From NCBI GenBank assembly GCA_023430325.1, contig JAEZAU010000233.1, forward strand, positions 11,613 through 75,612: DNA of 64,000 bases, read 5' to 3'. How positions within the stretch are numbered: the stretch's first letter is position 1; every line of letters begins with the position of its first letter. A model generated the notes under the pieces. The model made no database searches. It was given only the letters and a program-made list of their open reading frames with translations, and was not told the origin of the DNA. Origin of the DNA: Bacteroidota bacterium. Lineage in GTDB: Bacteria > Bacteroidota > Bacteroidia > Flavobacteriales_F > PHOS-HE28. A program made the position numbers and the translations under genes. Below are positions 41,001 through 49,829 of this stretch, piece after piece.

Positions 41001-41493
41001 TCAACTCAAGGTTCATTGCGGAATTCACTGCCAGATCCTGGTTGTTGCCGAAGAGGATGCCGCGTGAGATGCTTCCACTTCGCTGCAATCCACCCCCGCT
41101 AAGCAACGATCCCTCCTGCCGCGGTATCTCGTACTTGAACGGTTCAGGCCGGTCGCCGCTGGGCGTGAGCAAGGCTTCACGATCCTTGTGTTGCACCACA
41201 CCACCGAGCAAGAGCGGCATGGCGCGATACCTTACAAATACACTGTCCGGCGCCTGCGGCCAGATGATGATCGATAAATAGGGATCGGAAGAATAGGCAC
41301 TGGGATCCACGATGACGGAATCCTGGAACACGTGCAGGCTGCCAGGCACGAAACTCAGCGTATCGACCTGAATGGTATCACCGGTCGGTCTCAGCCAACG
41401 TTCACGAAGATTCGATCCCGTCTGCGCCAGAATGAGAACAGGAGCGTAGAAGCCCAGCAGAATGAGGATCCCACGGCCGGAATAAGAGCGCAT
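38011..41493 (-). CDS. Large (about 1161 aa) putative outer-membrane beta-barrel protein, function unknown
   Basis: Signal peptide MRSYSGRGILILLGFYAPVLILAQT; alternating-hydrophobicity beta-strand-like composition; C-terminal …VRAFF with terminal Phe typical of OM beta-barrels; the ORF could also start at 41586. Confidence 0.5.
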   Translation of the reverse strand: MRSYSGRGILILLGFYAPVLILAQTGSNLRERWLRPTGDTIQVDTLSFVPGSLHVFQDSVIVDPSAYSSDPYLSIIIWPQAPDSVFVRYRAMPLLLGGVVQHKDREALLTPSGDRPEPFKYEIPRQEGSLLSGGGLQRSGSISRGILFGNNQDLAVNSAMNLELSGDLTERIKVLASVTDNNIPIQAGGNTLELQDFDQVFIKLYEDDPVRQGALWEVIAGDFVLLRPRSHFLTYLKKTKGLSYNTRLPIAGERPSSAGASVAVSKGKFARQLVQGIEGVQGPYRLRGNDGETFIVVLSGTERVYIDGQLMTRGQENDYVIDYNTAELTFTARRLITKDRRIIIEFQYSDKNYARSLVRVDNITELGKSTLRLNVFSEQDHKGQPLQQELEDDDELALSEAGDDPLGALVNGADSVGWGTDQVLYRRIDSLGYSPVYVFSIDPEEAHYRVSFSQVGFGSGDYVQQEFTPNGRVFKWIAPDTLAGQIVRRGDHAPVRVLIPPRSQQLITLGLDHRFSHRTNGTAEIAMSRFDRNTFSSRDSNDDQGLGTMLRLDHAIPISDSDTSLHWTMGGDLETVSKNFRFVERYRAVEFERNWNVLTTPVNDDQVLAGIRTGVKGRKLGAFELSSQTFQVSELYEGYRQELLSDLHFGSFDIIGTGSWLKADAVSNSSFLRHKAQVRHRSKRFTIGYRDEHEQNLFTADTSGSLIAPSYQFYDWELFVQSPDTFKNKWRLSGGQRTDQALVDGGLAVGTIANAYSAGLDLARNPRNRINTTFTYRQLNIVDSNLTAQRPEDTYLARLDHDLQTLKGVAVFDIFYEFGSGLEQRREYIYLEVPAGQGLYIWNDYNGNGVKELNEFEIAPFGYEANYIRSFVPSDTYVRTFSNQVSGALDLRPGAVWAERDGLKGFIGKLSNMASVRVDRKTGVQDLLQALDPFSARGSDTTLSAYNSSARNTFYYDRTSRSWSIDHTWQSDESRTLLTSGFESRERNFNTVRIRWNTTRQWTADIESEQGRIRSASDILSGRTYVIDQQGTRPRITWQPNTSLRAIASFKYTEKKNLQEFGGEKATIQDLGLEFRYNTAGKGSFLVTANLVDIDFAGEVNSSLGNELLSGLRPGTNLTWNVTVQRNLSNNLQVDLTYNGRRSEGLPVVHVGGAQVRAFF

Positions 41494-41683
41494 CGAGGTC
41501 CGGAATTGGATACCGATCCCCGCCTCGTGATGACCGTTGGGCACATGGAACATACGGAACAGCAGCCCGAAAATTATCCGAAACACCAGTAATGATAGTG
41601 CATCGCAGCATCACCATCCGATCGTTGAATGTTCGTGGCCGATGGAACTCCATGCCTGTCTGCGGCGTATAAGTTTGACTTTC

Positions 41684-43402
41684 ATGATGTGCTCCCGCTC
41701 CGGATCGCTGCTCTTATTGGTGCCGATCCTAATATCCGCCTGGTCGTGCGCAGGAACTTTCAAACCCCGGGAACGTCAGGGTGAGGGCGGTAAATACTAC
41801 GGTGGAGTCTTCAACGTGAACGAGACTGAAGGTTTGCGGAGCCTTTTTCCTTTAAGCATCACCCAGGCATCCTCGGCACGTGTGGCCAGCCAGATCTATG
41901 AAGGCTTGGTCGGGTTCGACCCCAAGGACCTCAGCATCAAACCAGCACTGGCCACTTCATGGTCGGTGGACGCCTCCTCACGGGTCTTCACCTTCAACAT
42001 CCGACGGAATGTTCGGTTCCATGATGACCCATGCTTCCCCGAGGGATCTGGACGGCTACTGACCGCGCAGGATGTTGCTGCATGTTTCACGCGCATCTGC
42101 ACGGCCGATCCCACCAACCAGATGCAATGGTTGTTCGTTGGGCGGATCAATGGCGCGGAAGAACATTATGAGGCTACACGGAAAAAGCTGAATTCCACCG
42201 GTGTGAAGGGCATCGAAGTGCTTGATGATTATACGCTGCGCATCTCACTGGCAGCCTCCTCTCCCACCTTCCTGCATGTGCTCGCCCATCAAGGCTGTTG
42301 GATCTATCCTTCAGAGATGGTGCAACACTATGAGAACGACATCCTCTGGCATCCGGTGGGCACCGGACCGTTCAAGATGAAGAGTTATCGCCGGGGCGAA
42401 TCATTGATCCTGGAGAGAAATCCGAACTACTGGGCCGCCGACGATCTCGGCAACGATCTGCCATTCCTCGATGCCATCAGATACACCTTCACATCTGACA
42501 AGAACCGCGAACTGGATGAATTCCTGAAAGGGAACCTTTCCATGGTCTTCGAAGTTCCTGTAGGCCGGACCGATGTATTGAAAAATTCCAGGGAATTCCA
42601 GGTCCAGAGCATTCCAGCATTTTCGGTCCAATACTACGGTTTCAATGCACGGCAGGAACCGTTCAAGGACATCAGGATCCGCCGGGCGTTCTCGCTTGCC
42701 ATAGACAGGCAATTACTGGCAGACAGTATTCTGCATGGCCTGGCAGTACCGGCCACGCGCGGCATGGTGCCTCCGGGGTTCAAGGATTATCCCTATGATC
42801 TGGTCCCTGAGCTGCGCCACGATCCCGATGAGGCAAGAAGATCGCTTGCCTCGGCCGGCTATCCTGGTGGAAAGGGGCTGCCTACCGTTTTCCTTCAGGT
42901 GAACAATGATGGTTTCGGATATGTGGAGGTCGCTTCGATGATACAATCCATGCTGGAGCGTGAACTGGGTGTACGTGTGGTATCATCCGTGTTGCCGATG
43001 GAACAACATTTCGATAAGATCGAACGTGGTGCTGCCTCTTTCTGGCGCGCAGGCTGGATCGTGGACCATCCCGATCCGGAGAACATTCTTGAATTGTTCC
43101 ATGGCCGATCGGTCCCGGCGGATACGTCAGCGCCGTCATACCTGAACAATACCCGCTACAAGGACCAGGAATTCGATACGTTCTTCGATCTGGCCCACGG
43201 CACCTCAGACCATAAGAAGCGGCTCGAACTGCTCGCAAAAGCAGAGAAGATCCTGATGGATGACATGATCGTGATGCCCGTCTATCACGAGAATTCAGTG
43301 CGCCTTCTCCAGCCTTATGTGAAGGACATGCCGATAAATGCCATGGAATTACGCGATATGCGACTGGTGTGGTTCGACCCCGCCCTGCGTGATGCGATCT
43401 AG
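41684..43402 (+). CDS. ABC transporter substrate-binding protein, family 5 (peptide/nickel/opine type), lipoprotein
   Basis: Signal MMCSRSGSLLLLVPILISAWSC; family-5 SBP-like regions (…TSWSVDASSRVFTFNIRRNVRFHD…, …YGFNARQEPFKDIRIRRA…). Confidence 0.75.
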   Translation: MMCSRSGSLLLLVPILISAWSCAGTFKPRERQGEGGKYYGGVFNVNETEGLRSLFPLSITQASSARVASQIYEGLVGFDPKDLSIKPALATSWSVDASSRVFTFNIRRNVRFHDDPCFPEGSGRLLTAQDVAACFTRICTADPTNQMQWLFVGRINGAEEHYEATRKKLNSTGVKGIEVLDDYTLRISLAASSPTFLHVLAHQGCWIYPSEMVQHYENDILWHPVGTGPFKMKSYRRGESLILERNPNYWAADDLGNDLPFLDAIRYTFTSDKNRELDEFLKGNLSMVFEVPVGRTDVLKNSREFQVQSIPAFSVQYYGFNARQEPFKDIRIRRAFSLAIDRQLLADSILHGLAVPATRGMVPPGFKDYPYDLVPELRHDPDEARRSLASAGYPGGKGLPTVFLQVNNDGFGYVEVASMIQSMLERELGVRVVSSVLPMEQHFDKIERGAASFWRAGWIVDHPDPENILELFHGRSVPADTSAPSYLNNTRYKDQEFDTFFDLAHGTSDHKKRLELLAKAEKILMDDMIVMPVYHENSVRLLQPYVKDMPINAMELRDMRLVWFDPALRDAI

Positions 43403-44115
43403 GCGATGTTGGTGGTGATCTGCTCGTAGACCATCTGTTTGGCCAACGGCATGAAGGTCTCGATGTGTGGCAGATCGATATCGCTCTCAAAGACGAAAAC
43501 AGCAGGGTTCGGCATGTTCCGATGGCTGTTCAACAGTTCTGACCTGATCTGTTCGTAGGTGTGGCCGATGCTCACCGTGCATGAGGTCACATAGCGGGTG
43601 TGCACGCTGCGGTACTGTTTCTCTTCTCTGGCTTCGCGGAACAACGGCATGGCGTAGGCATACACCCGCGCCTCCCTGCCCGTACGAAGAAGTAACCAGC
43701 CTTCCTTGGCGTTCAATGGTTGGATACCAACGGGTGAAATACGGATCCGATCGGCGATCTCTTCCCTCAATTCACGTCCGTCTATCAGCGCCTTGTTCAA
43801 TCCCGGTATGGAGAATTCCAACACCTCATCTATGATCGAGAGTAGCGCATCGTCATCCACCGGCTCATACTGGGGATCACCAGTGCGCGGATCGAAGCCC
43901 AAGAGCGGTCCCGCAAGGCTTCGCTCCAGATCCTCCTTGGTCCTCCTCAGTTGTACAAGTTCTTCCACGTGCGCCTTTATATCCTCCAGATACGGATACA
44001 ACTTTCGCTCAGAGAACCTGGCATTCACGCGCTGCAAATAGGCCAGAAGCATGTATCGCTTCAATTCTGCATCCAGGGCAGGACGCACCACCCAATCCTT
44101 TGGCAATCCGTTCAT
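43399..44115 (-). CDS. Hypothetical protein (about 238 aa)
   Basis: ORF start trimmed to MNGLPKDW to avoid running antisense through the divergent OmpA-like gene; no motif recognised. Confidence 0.35.
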   Translation of the reverse strand: MNGLPKDWVVRPALDAELKRYMLLAYLQRVNARFSERKLYPYLEDIKAHVEELVQLRRTKEDLERSLAGPLLGFDPRTGDPQYEPVDDDALLSIIDEVLEFSIPGLNKALIDGRELREEIADRIRISPVGIQPLNAKEGWLLLRTGREARVYAYAMPLFREAREEKQYRSVHTRYVTSCTVSIGHTYEQIRSELLNSHRNMPNPAVFVFESDIDLPHIETFMPLAKQMVYEQITTNIA

Positions 44116-44229
44116 GGAAGTTGCGGCTCTATAGGTTGGAACGAACTGTTCAAAAATATTGTTGCCTTCTCTCTTCCGGGCCACCGGCCCTTCCCACCTT
44201 TGAACATCAGATGTTATAAAGCCACAAAC

Positions 44230-45204
44230 ATGCCGATCGGCCGAAACCTGTTCATCGTATCCATCATTTCCATGCTGATCATTACCGGTTGCGTACCTGC
44301 GCGCAAGTGGCAGGAGGCTGATCAGCGCGCCAACACGTTGCAGGCCGAAGCCGATGCGGCCAATGCCCGCGCACGGGACGCCCAGATCGCGTTGACCGAA
44401 TTGCAGGGCCGCAATGATGACCTGGCCCGCAGGATAAATGAACTTCAACGGGATACTGCCGTGCTGGGAACTTCGCTCAGGCAGATGACCACGCAATATG
44501 ACAAGATCAATCAGCTCAACAATGAGCTGCTGGATAAATACAACAAATTACTTGCTGGCGATCGCAGTGAGAACCAGAAGCTCGTAAAGGACCTTGAAGC
44601 CTTACGTTCCGACCTGATCATGAAAGAGGATTCACTGAAGAGCCTTGAATCCCGGGTACAGGAAAGATCCCGGGCACTGGCCGATCGCGAAGCAAAGCTG
44701 GCGGAGCTTCAGGCCGATGTCGCTGCGAAGGACGAGGCGATGAGAAAGTTGAAGGACAGGGTGAGCCAGGCGCTTACCGGTTTCGAAGGGAAAGGCTTGA
44801 CCGTGGAACGGCGTGGCGGCCGTATCCATGTAAGCATGGAGAACAAACTGCTCTTCCCCAGCGGAAGCGCGGCCGTGGATCCCAAGGGCCGCGAGGCACT
44901 CTCCCAACTTGCCAAGGCCATCGAAAATGAAAAGGACCTCAACATCATCGTTGAAGGCCACACGGATACGGACAAAGTGCAGCCCGGCGCGGCCTACAAG
45001 GACAATTGGGACCTGAGCGTCATGCGCGCCACATCGGTGATACGCATCCTGCGGGAGAACAGCCGCATAGATCCACTGCGCCTTACCGCATCGGGCCGTG
45101 GGGAATACCTGCCTGTTGACCCCAATGACAAGGCAAAGAACCGCAGGATCGAAGTGATACTTGCGCCCGATCTGCAGGAATTGTTCGAGCTTGTACGGGA
45201 TTGA
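44230..45204 (+). CDS. OmpA/MotB-family lipoprotein with long N-terminal coiled coil
   Basis: Lipobox (LIITGC), about 200-aa coiled coil, C-terminal OmpA-like domain (…NWDLSVMRATSV…RRIEVIL). Confidence 0.8.
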   Translation: MPIGRNLFIVSIISMLIITGCVPARKWQEADQRANTLQAEADAANARARDAQIALTELQGRNDDLARRINELQRDTAVLGTSLRQMTTQYDKINQLNNELLDKYNKLLAGDRSENQKLVKDLEALRSDLIMKEDSLKSLESRVQERSRALADREAKLAELQADVAAKDEAMRKLKDRVSQALTGFEGKGLTVERRGGRIHVSMENKLLFPSGSAAVDPKGREALSQLAKAIENEKDLNIIVEGHTDTDKVQPGAAYKDNWDLSVMRATSVIRILRENSRIDPLRLTASGRGEYLPVDPNDKAKNRRIEVILAPDLQELFELVRD

Positions 45205-45978
45205 TCAGAGTGAAGCCGTACGGCCGCCATCCACCGGAAGGTTGATGCCATTGATGTAGCCCGCCGAAGGACCGGCAAGGAATGCGATGGCATTGGCTAT
45301 CTCTTTTGCCTGAGCGAACCGTCGCAACGGCACTTCGGCCATCATCTCGCTGGCGACCTCTTCTTCCGATCGCCCGGTGGCCTTGGATCTGTTCCTGATG
45401 ATCGAACGGAGCCGTTCAGTGTCGGTGGCTCCCGGCAACACATTGTTCACCGTGATGCCATAAGGGCCCAGCTCATTGGCAAGTGTTTTCGCCCAATTGG
45501 CCACCGCTCCGCGGACCGTGTTGCTCACGCCCAGGTTCGGCAATGGTTGTTTCACACTTGTGCTGATCACATTGATGATACGGCCGTGCATGCGCTCCTT
45601 CATTCCTGGAACGATCGCCCTCACCAATGTCTGGAACGCGATCAAGTGTTGCGTGAAGGCCTGCTCGAACGCATCAGGCTCTGCGAGATGCGCAAGCCCT
45701 GGCGGAGGACCTCCCGTATTATTGATCAATATGTCGATCTGAAGACCTTGTACTTTCTGCGCCAGTGAAAGCCGATCGCTCATATCTGCTTCTATGTAAC
45801 CGTGCTGCTGCCCATGCGCAGTTCGAAGCGATGCCATCACCTCTTCCAACTTCACTTCCGATCTTGAAAGCAGGATCACTTCTCCACCCAGATAGGCGAT
45901 CTGTTGGGCCGCTGCGCGACCAATTCCACCAGTGGATCCACAGACAAGCGCGCGTCTGCCGGTCAATGCTATTTCCAT
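45205..45978 (-). CDS. Short-chain dehydrogenase/reductase (SDR) family oxidoreductase
   Basis: TGGIGRAAA Rossmann motif at N-terminus, NNTG, catalytic Y…K region; 257 aa. Confidence 0.85.
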   Translation of the reverse strand: MEIALTGRRALVCGSTGGIGRAAAQQIAYLGGEVILLSRSEVKLEEVMASLRTAHGQQHGYIEADMSDRLSLAQKVQGLQIDILINNTGGPPPGLAHLAEPDAFEQAFTQHLIAFQTLVRAIVPGMKERMHGRIINVISTSVKQPLPNLGVSNTVRGAVANWAKTLANELGPYGITVNNVLPGATDTERLRSIIRNRSKATGRSEEEVASEMMAEVPLRRFAQAKEIANAIAFLAGPSAGYINGINLPVDGGRTASL

Positions 45979-46202
45979 CCGCGCAAAAGTACCTCGCCGC
46001 AGCTCCCTGACCGATCGACCGGACCCGGCAATTCATTCTACGGATACCCCAACGCATAGGCTGAAAAAGCCCGCGACGAAGATCCATTCAAGAAAAATGG
46101 GACCAAAGTTCCTTGGATCGGCGCACCTCTTCTTGTCAAGCCCGCGATCGTCAAGGGGGTCAGGGTCTGTCATGGCTCGCTTCAACCCTCTAATTTCGGC
46201 CG

Positions 46203-48263
46203 GTGAAAGCCGCCGCTATCCTGGGTTTTTCCCTGTATTGCAGCTTCGGTCTCGGTCAAAGTAATTCGCTTCTGATCAATGAGGTCCAGGCGGCCAACGA
46301 TCGCACCATCGAAGCACCGGGAGGATCGTTCCCCGATTGGCTGGAGATCTACAATCCCACATCACGGTCGATCGACATGTTGGGAATGCGGCTGGTGGTG
46401 CCGGGACAGATCCATGTGATAGACATTCCGCTGAAGATCCCTCCCAAAGGATTCCGGGTGCTCTGGTGCGATGGAACTGACGGGATCGGCGCCGATCATC
46501 TATCGTTCAAACTTTCACGCAATGGTGGATCGGTGATCCTTATTGCTTCCGATGGCGTTTCCATCCTCGATGTGTTCACGTGGCCACAATTGTATGCCGA
46601 TGAAAGCCTCGGCCGGCGACCGGATGGATCGAGGACGTGGAAGATCTTTCCAGAAGCCTCTCCTGGTAGGTCGAACAAGTTATCAGCAGGTTCATCGGAA
46701 CGGCCACCAGCATTGGCATCTTCCATCGAACAAAAGGAAGGGAAACAGCGGATCGAATTCTCTGCTATAGCAAATACGATCCGTTACACCCTTGACGGGA
46801 GCGATCCATCGGGTGCCCATGCACGGCGTTATACTGCACCGATCGAATTGGACCGCACCACGGCGGTTCGTGCCCGTGCATATGATGAACACAATGTAGC
46901 CGGGCCTGAGTACGCACGAACGATCATGATCGGCGAACCTGCACCCACGGGAGCGATCATCTTGGACAGCCTGGATCTTTGGGACCGCGAGAACGGTATC
47001 GGTACCAACGGACCAACAGCCAACTATTCGCGTACCGGCCGTGAATGGGAACGATCGGCTTACTTCCAAATAGACGATACCGGAAAGGCGACTCCCGTAG
47101 GTATCCGCATCAGTGGCAGCGGATCGCGTACGCTGCCCAAGCGATCGTACAAATTGTATGGAAGACGGAGTTACGGAACAGATCCCGATGCGTTGCGGGA
47201 TGTTACTGGACAGGTGTACGACGAGTTGATGCTGCGCGCTGACGCTTCTCCGAATGCCTTCCTCAGAAATCTGTTGATCGAGAAGCTGGTGCTCATGGAC
47301 GACCTTGATCTTGCGCTCCAGCCATCACTTCCCCTTTCACTGTTGATCAATGGCAGATATGAAGGCCTCTATCGCCTTATGCCACCGAAGGATGAGCAAT
47401 GGTTGCGGCAGATCAGCGGAGCGAAGAACGTGGATGTACTCGATGGTCCGGCTTATGAAGTGTTGTCCGGCGGAAGCAATGGCCATTTTCTGCAAGGTCT
47501 CGATCATCTCCGATCGAAGGCGCCGATCGATACGCTGAAAAAGTATTTCGACCTGGGAAGCCTCATCGATCTGGCATGCATCGATCTGTTCACCGGCCGT
47601 GGCGATCATGACCTGAACGTGCGGATCTACAGACCGCGGGAAAAGAACGGCGTCTGGCGATGGGTGCTTTTCGATATGGACCTATGGGCGCCAGTAGAGG
47701 ACAACAGCCTTCAACGCATGCTCTCGGCCAATACGATGGAGTCGCCTTATCTGCCGGAGATCATCGCTCATGATGAACTACGACGGATGTTCTTGAAAAG
47801 GTTCAGCGCGTTGGTAGCCGGAACTTTCGATCCAAGACGGGTGATCCCTTTAGCCGACAGTCTGCATCACGCGAACAGGACCGAGCAACTTCGTGATCAT
47901 GACCGTTGGAAAGAACAGCTGCAACGCCCGGATCCCGATGCATCGCTTGCCGAACTGAAGGAATTTTTTCAGCACCGCGGGGAATTCGTGCTGGAACATC
48001 TGGCCGATCGGACGGGAAGAAAATTGAAAAAGGTCGACATTAAAGTCCCAGATGGATCGCTGGCCACGATGTTCCTTGATGGGTCGCAACTACCCGCGGG
48101 CCGCAATGTGATCGGCCTGTTCGAAGGAATTCCGATGGATGTGGAGATACAGCCGAAGGCCGGCGTTCAATTCCAAGGATGGACCGGCGTGAAAGGCACC
48201 GACACGATCATCACTTTCGATCCGAAGAACGTGCGGCAACTTAAGCCGCGTCTGCGCCGGTGA
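46203..48263 (+). CDS. Secreted lamin-tail-domain + CotH kinase-family protein
   Basis: GTG start directly after an in-frame stop; signal peptide; LLINEVQAAN…WLEIYNP (LTD); central/C-terminal CotH-like region (…DLNVRIYRP…WRWVLFDMD…). Confidence 0.7.
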   Translation: MKAAAILGFSLYCSFGLGQSNSLLINEVQAANDRTIEAPGGSFPDWLEIYNPTSRSIDMLGMRLVVPGQIHVIDIPLKIPPKGFRVLWCDGTDGIGADHLSFKLSRNGGSVILIASDGVSILDVFTWPQLYADESLGRRPDGSRTWKIFPEASPGRSNKLSAGSSERPPALASSIEQKEGKQRIEFSAIANTIRYTLDGSDPSGAHARRYTAPIELDRTTAVRARAYDEHNVAGPEYARTIMIGEPAPTGAIILDSLDLWDRENGIGTNGPTANYSRTGREWERSAYFQIDDTGKATPVGIRISGSGSRTLPKRSYKLYGRRSYGTDPDALRDVTGQVYDELMLRADASPNAFLRNLLIEKLVLMDDLDLALQPSLPLSLLINGRYEGLYRLMPPKDEQWLRQISGAKNVDVLDGPAYEVLSGGSNGHFLQGLDHLRSKAPIDTLKKYFDLGSLIDLACIDLFTGRGDHDLNVRIYRPREKNGVWRWVLFDMDLWAPVEDNSLQRMLSANTMESPYLPEIIAHDELRRMFLKRFSALVAGTFDPRRVIPLADSLHHANRTEQLRDHDRWKEQLQRPDPDASLAELKEFFQHRGEFVLEHLADRTGRKLKKVDIKVPDGSLATMFLDGSQLPAGRNVIGLFEGIPMDVEIQPKAGVQFQGWTGVKGTDTIITFDPKNVRQLKPRLRR

Positions 48264-48953
48264 TCAGGCCGTAACAGCCTCCATGATGGACTCGAAGAGT
48301 GAGCGGCCATCGGTGTTGCCCAATCTGGGATCGCAGGCCCGTTCTGGATGCGGCATCATGCCGAAAACATTCCGCCCTTTGTTGGTGATGCCGGCGATGT
48401 TCTCCTTGCTGCCGTTCGGATTGGCATCATCGAAGAAGCGGCCTTCAGCATCGCAATACTTGAACAACACCTGATCACGCTCCTTCAGCTCCTTCAACAC
48501 ATCCGTACTCGCATGATAGCGTCCTTCACCATGTGCGATCGGGATCTTCAATGCGCGGTCGGGGATGTTGCGGGTCACCAATGTATCCTTAGCCACGCGC
48601 TTGATAAAGACATTTCGCGAAATGAACTTCTGATCCTGGTTGTGCAGCAATGCGCCGGGTAAAAGACCGGCCTCACAAAGCACCTGGAAACCATTGCAAA
48701 CACCGAATACATATCCGCCTTTCTTCGCGTGTTGTGCCACTTCCTGCATAATGGGTGAGAAACGTGCGATGGCCCCTGAACGGAGATAATCCCCGAAGGA
48801 AAATCCGCCCGGCAGAACGACCATGTCCACTTTTTTCAGGTCATGGTCCTTGTGCCACAAACGTTCCACTCTCTGGCCCATGATGTTACCGAGAACATGG
48901 ATCATATCCTCATCACAATTGGAGCCCGGGAAGATGACGACGCCGAATTTCAT
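48264..48953 (-). CDS. purQ: Phosphoribosylformylglycinamidine synthase subunit PurQ (glutaminase)
   Basis: MKFGVVIFPGSNCD…, …GVCNGFQVL (catalytic Cys), …HPER (His); start at internal ATG giving canonical about 229 aa. Confidence 0.9.
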   Translation of the reverse strand: MKFGVVIFPGSNCDEDMIHVLGNIMGQRVERLWHKDHDLKKVDMVVLPGGFSFGDYLRSGAIARFSPIMQEVAQHAKKGGYVFGVCNGFQVLCEAGLLPGALLHNQDQKFISRNVFIKRVAKDTLVTRNIPDRALKIPIAHGEGRYHASTDVLKELKERDQVLFKYCDAEGRFFDDANPNGSKENIAGITNKGRNVFGMMPHPERACDPRLGNTDGRSLFESIMEAVTA

Positions 48954-49138
48954 GCTGTGCTTTTGTGGCGGCGCAAAGGTACGTGATGTTGCGTGAGCGA
49001 TCGGCTCGGAAAGCCCGGACACGCTGAAGGCGGGGAGGACTTGAAGGGAGAGCGCGACCCCGCCAAGAAGGAGCATCTTCCTTATGCCGTCATCTCAAAG
49101 GGGGGACACGCCCAAAAGATCCGATCGAAAACTTTGGA

Positions 49139-49396
49139 TCAGCTGGCCTTGCGCAACTGGAACGGGCGTACGGTGGCCTGCTCACCATCCAGCACCATGA
49201 GGAAGTATTCCTCCCCATCAAGATCGGTGATGCGCACACGTGTGATGGGGCCACGGACATCGCCCGTCTTCACGATGCGGCCTTCACTGTCGCAGATGTC
49301 GAACAGCGCATCGGCGGTGCCGGGATCATAGTCGAACATCAACAAGCGCTCGATCTGGTCGATCCGCAGGCGCAACTCATTTCCACCCGGTACCAT
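49139..49396 (-). CDS. Hypothetical 85-aa protein (not PurS)
   Basis: ORF upstream of purQ on the same strand; lacks the PurS DPQG motif; no family recognised. Confidence 0.3.
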   Translation of the reverse strand: MVPGGNELRLRIDQIERLLMFDYDPGTADALFDICDSEGRIVKTGDVRGPITRVRITDLDGEEYFLMVLDGEQATVRPFQLRKAS

Positions 49397-49451
49397 GGTC
49401 TTGCGGTTTGGGAGGTTATACGCGGATGCGCTTGATCGGTTACAAAGACCA

Positions 49452-49481
49452 GAGGCCCGATCTCAATTGAGACCGGGCCTC
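49452..49481. promoter_or_regulatory. 30-bp near-perfect palindrome GAGGCCCGATCTCAA|TTGAGACCGGGCCTC (candidate operator or hairpin) in the longest intergenic region
   Basis: 15-bp arms with a single mismatch, centred on CAATTG; lies between divergent genes 49139..49396 (-) and the LytTR regulator at 49830 (+). Confidence 0.4.
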
Positions 49482-49829
49482 CACCACCAAACCAGAAAAA
49501 ACCCGAGAAAAAAGGTCAGTTGCCCTGGTCGTTGAAGATCCAGAGGGCTTCTGCGGTAACTACCTGTTGAATGTAGAGTTGCATGGCAATGAGGGTTTTG
49601 GATCGTTCGCTGACCCGAAGCTATCGGTACTCACTGCCGATAGAAAGGCGGCAACGAGAAGCGGTGCGCCGGATCGAAAGAGCGGTAAGGTGTGAATGGA
49701 TCGATAAAGGCCACCGACCGATGGAACAGGAATGATCCTTTTTTCCGTTCTTCGTTCCATGGGCACCTTTGGCTGTTCAACCTGTAAATGGACCGTTGGT
49801 ACCTGTAACTTTTCTGCAAACAAGATCAC

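Noticed and set aside
38011-41586. Idea that the 1161-aa OM protein is a short SprA-like T9SS translocon
   Set aside because: It is based only on size class and a vaguely remembered motif; without an HMM hit it is too speculative, so it is reported as unknown OM protein.
49139-49396. 85-aa ORF upstream of purQ considered as PurS
   Set aside because: It lacks the conserved PurS DPQG motif and ferredoxin-like pattern; kept only as a low-confidence hypothetical.
49500-49560. Possible SRP (4.5S) RNA-like segment (CCTGGTC…GAAG…) in the long intergenic region
   Set aside because: It could not be aligned to the domain IV consensus (no GNRA-capped helix with the conserved internal loops), so it is not called as an RNA gene.
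49583-49741. Arg-rich 52-aa plus-strand ORF (MAMRVLDRSL…)
   Set aside because: No conservation clues; typical spurious ORF in GC-rich DNA; basic low-complexity composition.
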